NCBI GenBank assembly: GCA_001816455.1
Contig: MHCB01000038.1
Location: 7,965 to 71,964 of the forward strand
Direction: 5' to 3'
DNA: 64,000 nucleotides
Source: Candidatus Blackburnbacteria bacterium RIFCSPHIGHO2_12_FULL_44_25
Lineage (GTDB): Bacteria; Patescibacteriota; Microgenomatia; UBA8517; UBA10165
Part shown: positions 36,968 through 47,100 of the stretch, piece by piece
How the letters are laid out: the number at the start of each line of letters is the position of its first letter
Numbering within the stretch: the stretch's first letter is position 1
Made by a program: the position numbers and the translations under genes
Notes under the pieces: model-generated
Databases searched by the model: none
Told to the model about the DNA's origin: nothing
Seen by the model: the letters and a program-made list of their open reading frames with translations, nothing else

Positions 36968-37243
36968 TTACCCCTCGTAGTCGGGGTTTTCTTCCTCTTC
37001 CTCGGGTTGTTCGAGATCTTCAAGTCTTTCGACCCCGGGTTCGCGCGCTAGACCTTCGTTTTCTACTTCCTCGTCCGGGCCGATTCGACGGTTTCTCTCG
37101 GCGTCGTTGACCATGTCGGAGGGAGTCCTGACTTCCCCAGGAATTGGCTCTTCGCCGGTAAAGTCTTTTACCATCTCCCCCACATCGTCATCGAAGGCCG
37201 GGTCGGTTGCTGGATCTTCTGGAGGATCCTTCTTGTTTTGCAT
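36968..37243 (-). CDS. Small acidic hypothetical protein
   Basis: MQNKKDPPEDPATDP...EEEEENPDYEG; trimmed from the listed ORF to avoid overlap. Confidence 0.65.
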   Translation of the reverse strand: MQNKKDPPEDPATDPAFDDDVGEMVKDFTGEEPIPGEVRTPSDMVNDAERNRRIGPDEEVENEGLAREPGVERLEDLEQPEEEEENPDYEG

Positions 37244-37316
37244 GTCGGGAAGATCTCTTGCCACGCCCTTATTGTAACAGATGTATGCTGTTTTTTGGAG
37301 TGGTTTTTGGGGTAGA

Positions 37317-38111
37317 ATGAATTTAGTGTTCATTCTCCTCGAAAAATTCAAGTATTGGGTTGCTTTTAATCTTTTAACACTCGGGAGACGGACTCGCCTT
37401 TTAATTGTGGCGTCTCTTTTTTTATGTTCCTTTTTGGGTGTTGTCTTTTTGGCTTGGACCCGGGGATATTTTGATCCATATGTTGCTGCGGAGAACATAA
37501 CTTTATCGAATGTAACGGATAAGAGCGTCACTATTTCATGGAAAACCGTAAAGCCTGCGCGCGGACGGGTTGTTGTTAGCAATAAGGGTTTTTATCCGTG
37601 GGATCAGAAGATTAGGGTTAGGAAGGATGACCTTTTGGAGCTTGCGGACATGAATACGCAACTTGATACGCACCATATTACGGTTTCCGGTTTGCTGGCA
37701 GACCACACGTATGGTGTTAAGGTTTATAACGGTTGGTGGAGCTCCAAGACTTACAAGTTTACTACTCGACCGGAGATTCAAAATTTACCCAATCCCCATC
37801 CATCCTACGGGAGAATTGTCGATAGCGAGCGGAAAAAAGGAATTCCTGGAGTATTGGTTTATATGGTAATAAGTCGGGAGGGGCACACCGCTACTCTTTC
37901 GACTATTGCGGATTCTCAAGGCAAGTGGGCTATAGATGTAGCAAATATCAGAGATATTCAAGGACAAAGTTTTGATTTGTCTGATCCTAGAGTTGGGATT
38001 GAGATTTTAGTCGAGGGAGGAAGAAGAGGCAGAGTAAAGGCCACACTCAACAGTAAACAATTGAGTCCTGCTCCGGATATTGTATTTAGGGTTACAAAGG
38101 AGGGTACATGA
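37317..38111 (+). CDS. Membrane-anchored FN3/purple-acid-phosphatase-N-like Ig-domain protein
   Basis: SNVTDKSVTISWKT, THHITVSGL and PSYGRI; paralogous to 48779-49984. Confidence 0.85.
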   Translation: MNLVFILLEKFKYWVAFNLLTLGRRTRLLIVASLFLCSFLGVVFLAWTRGYFDPYVAAENITLSNVTDKSVTISWKTVKPARGRVVVSNKGFYPWDQKIRVRKDDLLELADMNTQLDTHHITVSGLLADHTYGVKVYNGWWSSKTYKFTTRPEIQNLPNPHPSYGRIVDSERKKGIPGVLVYMVISREGHTATLSTIADSQGKWAIDVANIRDIQGQSFDLSDPRVGIEILVEGGRRGRVKATLNSKQLSPAPDIVFRVTKEGT

Positions 38112-41100
38112 GGGTTTTTCTTAAAAAAGCTGGTGTAATCTTCCTTGTTTTTGTTAATTTTATTAGCCCTTTGTATCCGGTAGTTTGGATCACACCTGTT
38201 CGTGCGAGCCAAGAACAAAGTTCCTTGCTGGCGTATTCTGATGATGACGGGGATGGTGTTCCTGATGAGGTGAGCGAAGAGCAGCCTCCCGAGGAAGCGC
38301 CGGTAGAGGAACCACAACCTTCTGAGGATGCCCCGCAACCAGATGTCCCACAAGAGGAGGCACCTCCACAAGAAGCTCCCCCGCAGGAATCACCTCCACA
38401 GGAGGAAAATGAACCTGTCCAGGATCAGCCGTCTGATTCTCCCCCTTCACCTCCTGAGGCTGCTCCTCCCCCGCAAGAGGTGGTTTCTGCCCCGTCTATT
38501 CCGGAGCAGCCTTCCGGATCCGGGACTGGTGGATATTTTACTCCTGGCGATGGGTCATCTCCTTCTGCTCCTACTCCTACTTTCTGTCCGAGTGTTGGTA
38601 AATACGAAGGTGACGAGTATCAGGAATGTTATGGACCTGGCACGAGCCGACATGTAAGAATTTCTGGTTGTAGTTGGCAAATAGTCCAGGAGGTTGTAAG
38701 TAATCCCGCATGTCCTGGCGCAGGAACACCCGAGTCAACGCAGTTTCAAGATACACAGGAACAAAATAACACCGAGGAGAATTATTGTTCTGGTTTAGGT
38801 CGATACAAAGGAAGTACATGGAGCGTATGTTCTGGGAATCCTGGGGAGGCAACTGCATGGCAAGCAAGTGCGGCTTGTGAGGCTGTTTCTGTAGGGTCTG
38901 CTGGTGAGCCGAATTGTGCTGGGAGCGTTGGTTCTTTGCCACAAGATGGGGTGGGTTCTTTGCCGTTGCCTGGGGAAAGTACGCAGGTATTGAATCCTTC
39001 GCCCAGTATTTCCGCTTGCGGTATAGAGATGTCTTTTCAGCGATGTGTTTTAGGAACGACGACGCTTATATCCGGCGTGATGTTGTCTACGGTTGACTTG
39101 GAAACTCAGAAGTGTACAACAACAGAGCAAATTCAATCGACCAGTGAAAACAGTACTAGTTGCGGATATAGTGATGTTTCTCAAGATAAGATACCTCCAG
39201 GATCAGGGGGTTGTTGTAATGTTGACGATGATTGTGTTGCCCAGGGTTTTGAGGGACAAGAGTGTTTAGTTTCGAATGGGGCATGTTCGGGTGCTGGTAA
39301 AAGTTGCGCGACTCCACAAGCAGAAGTTGCAGCCAAGATAAAAAGCGGGGTTGACGGTTGTTGTAGTGACGGTTCCCAGTGCGGTTCTGGCGAAGAATGT
39401 TATGTTGGGAACGGAGCTTGTCGGTCGGGTCTTTCTTGCGGAGCAGAGCGAACAAATTCCGGGAGTGGGGGTTGTTGTTCTGACTTCTCGGATTGTGCCT
39501 CCCAAGGATTAAAGTTTAATGGTTGTTTTTCGTCATTTGACGCAGGGCTTTGTAAGTCCGGGCAGTCGTGTAGACCTATTTCTTGCTCCGGCGCACAGTT
39601 TTGCAGTGGTGGGACTGCTTGTTACGACCAGGGCCAGTGTGCAAATTACCAGGCAGAACTTGCAAGGCAAAGAGCTCAGGCGGCCTTGGCTTCTGCCCGT
39701 AGTCAGTGTTATTCGTCGCTTGAGCCGGGATGTGTGGCCATCCTTGCCGGGGGAGATCAGATTGTAATAGAAGACGCGGGGCAAGCACAATCTCTTTGTA
39801 ATACAAACACCGTGACCGGGTACAGTTGTGGTGGGGCAACGGCGGCTGCTTCTTCTGCAAATTCAAGTGGTCTCAGGAGCACTTCCGGTTTGGCTGTTGG
39901 GGATCGGGTAATTGTTGACGGGGTAGAAACAACAATAACAGAAGTCGATGGATCACTTGTAAAAGTTGCAAACAATCCCTATTGGTTTGGCGAGTTTTAT
40001 GCTAAGTCAGTTTCAGAGAAGCCCGCCCAAAATCAGAGTTTTGGGCAGATTATTATTTTGCCTGACGGACAACAGGCTGCAGTGAAGAGCGTGAAAGCGA
40101 ACGGAGACTTAGTGCTTTGGGATGGGAAGGAAATCTCCTCTTCTTCAAATACGGCGAAACCCATTGTTCCCAAGGAAGCGGCAACGGTGAACACTTCTTT
40201 GTCATGTAATGACTTTTTCGAGCAAGAATATACGGCTCCGACCGTTGCGGATGGTGAAACAGTAAGCGTTTCGGGTTCAAAGTACCAATGTAGTTTGGGG
40301 GGTTGGACAAAGATTGGAAATGCAGACGACGGGACATTTTTTCCAGACGCGATAAACCCTGGGGTAAAACAACTTGCAATCCAAGTTGGAGCTAACGTGC
40401 ATCTAGGGCAAGACGACAGGCGTGCTCCAACCTTTTTGGATGTCTTGCCGGTTCTGCCGGGGATGAGTAAAGCGGAGACGGACTATGAAAAAGTACTTCG
40501 TGTATTGAACGAGTTAGGTATCCCTCCGGAGTTTGACCCGAATAATCCAATTAGTGCACGCGTTTGGACTGAGGAGAAAAAAATTGAGTTTGCAAAACGT
40601 GTGGGGCAGGAGACGGATCGTTCACCGCTGGCAACTGTTATGAGATCCCTTGAAAATACTCCTTTAGGATTTGTTGTAAATCTTGTTTCAGATGTCAACA
40701 TTGGTGAGCTTTCGGATCACATATCTGGCGCGGGTGCAATTTTGCAGTTTGCTCAAGGCGAAAGTCGCGATGCCCATTTTTCTGAAGCAGATGCAATTGC
40801 TGATAACAAATATACCGATGAAGAATTTGCGGTTCTTGCCCAGGCCATGCAGGAAAAAGGAGTTATCGCAAATACCTCGGAGCTGCCAAATAAAGGTGAC
40901 TTAGCGCTCTATGACCGTGTTGTAAAAGAGTTTCTTGCCAAACAAGCATTTGGATCGTATGGACTACAAGTCGTAGGTCCTGATCAGGTCGCTGTCTTGA
41001 GACGACAACTAGAGACTGACCCGGCAAAGCTTGAGGAGCTTAAAAACTTTGCAAATTTTACTGGCATAGTGTCGGCGGAAGAGAGCGACAAATTAACACC

Positions 41101-44100
41101 TGGTTTTATGGCCACTGGACGAGTAGGTACAGAAAAAATTCAAAGTTATCAAAAGGGAACTTATCAATCTGCAGCTGGACAGGCATTTTTGGAAGAAGCG
41201 GGTGAAGCGGCGCAAGGAGTTGCGCAAGATCTTGCATTTGTGGCAGGCGCAAATGTGGCGATTGCCATTGCAGCAGAAGCTGGCGCTGGGCGGATTGTTG
41301 GTTGGGGAGTTGGCAGGGTAGCGGGTACGGAGGTTGGCCAGGCAGTAGCAAAATTTGCAACCCACAGTATCTTAAAAATTCCAAGTGAGGAGGTATTGTC
41401 GGATGTTACCCGCGAAGGTTTGGATGTAGCAAAGAGAGAGTATCTAGAGGCGCAAAGAGCAAGAGTTTTGGCATTTGGAGATGAGGCTGTTTCGGGAAGT
41501 GAAAGCTTCTTGCAGAAAAATGCTGACGAGGCGAGAAGGAAGTTAGAGGAGGCATATCGAGGGGCTTTTGGGGATGACGCTGATAAAGTTTTGGAGTCTG
41601 CCGTTTCCAAGCTTGATATTATGGCCGGGGCTGATGTTTCGCAGATTGTGCGGGAGCAAGGAGAAGAATATGCTCAAAAATTTGCCGGTCAAACTTCTGT
41701 TTCCGATGCTGTAGTTAATCCTTCTGTTGTTGCGGATAATGCTTTCTCCCCCGCCGATCAGGTTGTTGCTGCATCATCAAGGCAAGGAAGGGTTGTTTTG
41801 GAATCAATTCCGGACGGGGCAGCAGGGGTTGTGGACGATATACCAACAAACTATCCCGGCGTTGTTGCGGAAGTGGCCGAGGTTACTGATTCGATTGACG
41901 CTCGAGGCGGAGGTGGATTTGTACAAGATGCGCAGGATGCTGTTGGGGGTTTCTTTGGTCGTTTTAGGAGGAGCGAACTTGATCCCCTAGAGGCAGTCGA
42001 AGACAGGATTGCTGCGGAGGCTGTTGGAGATGTTAGTGCAAGAACGGTTGATGTCTCCCCTGCTACTTCCAGATTTACAAAAATGACTCCAAAGTCAATT
42101 GACGATGCAGTTGAGATGACAGAGGATGCGCGTCGCTTTAAAGCGAGACTGGATGACTTGGCGAGGCGAATAGATGGAGTAACTGATAACACGGTAAGAA
42201 GGCAACTGGAGGAGGAAGTTGATCAAACCAGGGGGACACTTATAGTGATCCGTAAGAAAGCGGACGAAGCTATTGAGGAGATACAGTCTTTTAGGCAAGA
42301 CGATGAGGTGGTAAGTCGGATTAAGGCCGAGATGGAACAAACACGTGTCATCGCTTCCAATGTTGGCGGAGGAAATGTGTTTGACACTTTAAAAACAAGA
42401 TTTGAGGAACTCCCGCTTCCTTCTTTTCTTCGCGGTGGAAGTGAGTCACAATTAGCACCCTATAAGTTTGAGTTTACACCCGAGGAACGGTTACGTATTG
42501 AAGCGGCAAAACAAGACCTTAAGGTAAAAAGAGAAGAGGCTCTTGCAAGATCTCGTGCGCAAGTTGAAGCAATTAAAAAAGAACAGATCGATGCTGAGGC
42601 AAGAGTAGCAGCAGAGACAGTAGAAGCACAACAGCGAAGGCAAGCGGCGCAGCTTGCCCAAGATGAGGCCGAACGCGCTCGGCTAATTGCGGAATCGGAA
42701 GCATCTGCCCAAAGAGCAAAAGCAGCAGAAGCTGAAGCCCGAGCAAAAGCACGAACCGCAAACGAAGAACAAGCAAGACAAGCCTCACGCGAGCAGGACG
42801 TTGCAGCAAGAGATGAGGAAATAATAGAGGCACAAATTATTGCAGAAAGGCAAGTTGCCGATGCTCGTGCTAAGGAGGAGACAAGACAACAAGCAACTGA
42901 ATTTTTGAGCAGGCAGAGGGAACTTGAGGAACGGGCGAATCGCGCAAAATCGGCAGCCGATGAGGCAGAGCGCAAATTAAGACAGGTTGATAATGCAATT
43001 GCGGCAAGACAAACTGAGATTGATGTAACTATAGCGCAAGCATTTGCGCTGAGAGATCAATATCAGATTGTCAAAGATTTGGAGAGTGACCTGCTTGATA
43101 GTATACCAGAGCAGGCGCATAAGATATTGGTCTCTGCAGATTATTATAAAATTCTGGGTGTATCTCCTAGTGCTACCACTGATGAAATAAATCGGGCGTA
43201 TCGTTCGCTGTCGAAAAAATGGCACCCTGATGTAAGTTCTCAAGATCTGGAGGCGGCGACATTGGCGTTTAAAAAGTTGACGTATGCAAAAGACGTTCTT
43301 ACTGATACTATACCTATTCAGGGTGCTACTGGGGTATATGTTCGTAGAAATTATTACGATGCGGCATCACATGATGCAATAAGGCAGCAGATATTGGCAA
43401 AGGACCCCAGTAATTTTTCTGACGCCGTTGCCTATATCAATAGACAACAGGCTAAGATGAGCGAAGCAGCTCGTGCAGTGGAGCAGGCAAACCAAAGAGC
43501 TCAGCAGGCGGTACGAGCTGCGGAGCCTTTGAATTCACGAATTGAGGAGCTTCAAAGAGCAAGAGAGCAATATTTACAAAGTGCCGAGCAACACACAAGA
43601 ACTGTACAAGCCGCAGAGCAAGATTTGCAAACAGCAGCGCGGGAGGTTATGCAAGGGCAACCTTTGACACCTACCCAGGTAGCTTACCGTGAGTTGAATG
43701 ATGCTGGTCAGGAGTATACGGAGAAACTGGCCGAAGTGCGTACCCTGAGGGAGGAGCGAAAAGTTGCCGCAAGCGGTGGTGTTGCCGGTTTAGATTTTGC
43801 CGACGCGACTTCCCGATTGGATGCTGCCGAAGTTGAATTAAAGCAGGCTGCAGAGCGAGTGAAGGCGGCGCAGCTTGCATATCAAGACTCGGTCCAATCT
43901 CCTGTGGAGCGGGCCGGAGGGGCAATATCGGACTTTTTTGATCAGGTTACGTCGTTCTTTGGGCGCGGACGGAGTGCTAGTCAGGTAGCAGACGCGACCG
44001 AGGTTGTAGCTGACGTTGGGAGAGTGGCTGGGCCATCGCTACGGTTTGTTCAACCAACTGCGCAGCAGGTGGTTCCTGCTTCTCCTGGTCTAAAAGTTGG

Positions 44101-47100
44101 GAGCGGGGTAAATGTTTCTAGTTCTGGGCAGGATGCGTTTGCAACTGGAATATCTTCAGCAGCAGTAGCTGACGGTGTTAGTACTGGGGGGACTCCATCG
44201 CAAGTAGTTGAGCTTGCACAGTTGGCTGCTAACGCCCTGGTTGAGAGATTGGATGCTGCCGCTAGTCGGTTTACAGATCCAGTCCTCGCAAAACAATATC
44301 TTGAAAACTCGGTGACCGAGTTTGCACAATTTGTAGTAAGACAGAATTTCGAGTTAGGAGCAGCCCGTGGCCTTTATGGACCGGAAGCTCTTAAACAAGC
44401 ATCTACTACTTTAGTTGGTGGAACGGTTGTTAACGGGAAGTTGTTGGCCGTGAGTTACGGGGATTCGTATATTTACATTTTACGTGATGGAAAACTTATA
44501 AAAGTTAATGAACAAGTTAAGGAATATCTGGGCTATAACGAACCTAATCTTGTGTCTGTAATCATCCATGACCTGCAGATCGGTGACCGTGTTATATTTG
44601 CATCAGATGGGTTTGTGAGCTTCATATCAGACAACGCCAGAGGAAAGATAGTTAAGGCAGCTGGTTCAACGAATGATCCTCAAGTTTTTGCATTACGTGC
44701 CCAGGAGATTCTTAGAGATTACTACAGAGAGAAGGGTGTGGGTGATGATGTAACTATTGGATCATTGTTCTACGGGGACTTAGATGTAAAACCAGGTTTG
44801 TTAGACGGTTTGTTTGACAGGGTTCCAGCGGCCAGAAGTTTTTACATATCCAAGACAGATGTACAAGCAAGTACCTTGAGTATTCATGCTAGAAACAGCG
44901 CTGGAGATATTGTTGAGACAAGGCTTAGTGTGGAAGAAGTTATACATCGTGGAGCATCGAGTTTGGGGGACAAGTTTACAGATGGGGCAAAAAAACAGGT
45001 GTTGTTGGAACTTAGAGGTAAGGGTGTTCCCCAATCAACATTAGATGAAATTAGCAGGGAATTGAAGAGAATTAAGAAACCGGAAGATGTAAGAAGTAAA
45101 TTAGTAAAGTTTACTGGCATACCCGTTTTGGGAGAGCCAACGGCTGTTTCTGGGGGAGTTTTCAAGAGTCTTGGATTAACTTTCCCTTGGTCTGAGAAGA
45201 AATTTGTTGTGGAAAAACTAGAAGGTGACCAGGGCTTTGCTGGAATAAGAGTAACGGCTCGAGACGCGAACGGAGTTGAAAGAAAGATCATCATTGACCC
45301 AAGCAATGTTGACGGGAGTTACCAATATCCAGCCAACGGATTTGATTACAAACTTGATGAATTAAGAGAGCTGGGAGTTGACGAAAGGACTATCCAACAA
45401 ATAGATAAGCAGCTTGAGAGGATGGCAAAGAAGTCGGTGTTCGATAAAACACCTGTTGGGCAAGTCGGAGGAAGTCCGTTTGCGCCAGCTAATGATGTAG
45501 CGCAGCAAACAGATGACGTTTGCAAGGTTTTGGGGGCATCGACTGACAGTGTTTTAGGGACAAGTACGACCGGCGGTTGCCAAAAGCCGTCTCTTTTTGA
45601 TCTGTTAAATCCGTTCAACAAAATTCAACCTGCGAGTAAGATTGACGATGTTGTTACAGTAGTTACATCTCCAGAGGAAACAAAAGCTATTGCAAGTAGG
45701 TTGATTAAAACGGAAGAGTCGACGGTTAAGATGGGCGATTTCTCTTTGTCTACAATTAAGGGTGATGATCCGACAAACGATGGTTTGATATTCTATCTAA
45801 AGCCCGGGCAAAATCTTCCCAAAAATGTAGTAATTACGGACAAGAGCGGAAATGTTGTCGACCTTGGCAAACGAGACACCCCCCTGCTTTTTAGTGATGT
45901 GAGAAAGATTGAGATTGATGGGACGGATTATAGCCTCGCGCATGATATTTGGCAGAACCCTATGTTGTTTGAGATTAGAGGTAGCTCGAAAGACGCGAAG
46001 TTTGATGAGGTTATTGGAGATATTACAGAGATTTGGGATACGGCAATAAAAAGTCCACGGCGAATGGATGCTGTCTTGGCAAAAAATTTCACAGGCGAGG
46101 AGATTTCTGCAATGAAAAAGATAACTGATTTTTACGCACAAGATCCAAACATTGGGGGACTAACTGCGCCGTACGATCTCGACACCGTTGTGGAGTTACC
46201 TGACGACAAGTTGGCAGAATATCTTAACCGCACTCTTCCTTTTCGGCAGGTTCGAGAATCAGATATTTCGGTGTTTACTGGTTTAATATCAGCTCTTAAG
46301 GAGGGAAGGGCTTTTACTGAAAAAGAAGCAGACATGTTCTCTGCGCTTGAGTTTAGACATGTGGTGGCTACGAGGAATGTGTATCGGGGACTTGATGAAG
46401 TGTATATTACTGAATTTAACAGGCAATTTGCACTTGCGAACATGGCTGAGGCGGTACTTTCTACGAGATTGGTATCTAAAAAACCTTTCAAAGAACACGC
46501 GAAACATTATGGGGATTTTGTTGAGTTGATGCAAAGCCGGGGAGTTGAGGTCCCAGAATGGGTTACACCTTTTAATTCAGACGATTTTAGGTATGGTATT
46601 AAGACAGATGGGACTAAGGCAAATGCAGCAGGTCAGTATTTTGTTTCAAGACTTGAAGATTTTGATTCCATGGCTCAGGTATTGGACCATGAACGGGTAC
46701 ATGGACTGTCTAAGGTGGCATACAACAGAAATGTGGAGTTTAAAATTCGTAACAAATTAGACGTTGAGTATGACCGAGGTTTTGCGAGCGATGAAGGGTA
46801 TACAGATGCTCTCGCCTATTTGATAAAAAGTGGAGGTGATGTTGATAAAGCTATTGCCGAAAACGCAAAGTCAACTTCTAGTTATCGGTTGGCTTCAGAT
46901 GAGATACTTCGGGTGGCTAAGGAGGTTGGTGCTGCTTCGGGAGATGAGATGCTGGGTGTAGAGTTGTTGTTTAGGGGGATAACGGATCGAGCGAATAGTT
47001 CTGTTAACAGGAGTCTTGTACCAATTCAAAGATATTATGACGAGAAAGTTGCAGATAGTGGGGCGAAATTTGAGGAAAGAATGGCACGGTTTTCAGATAA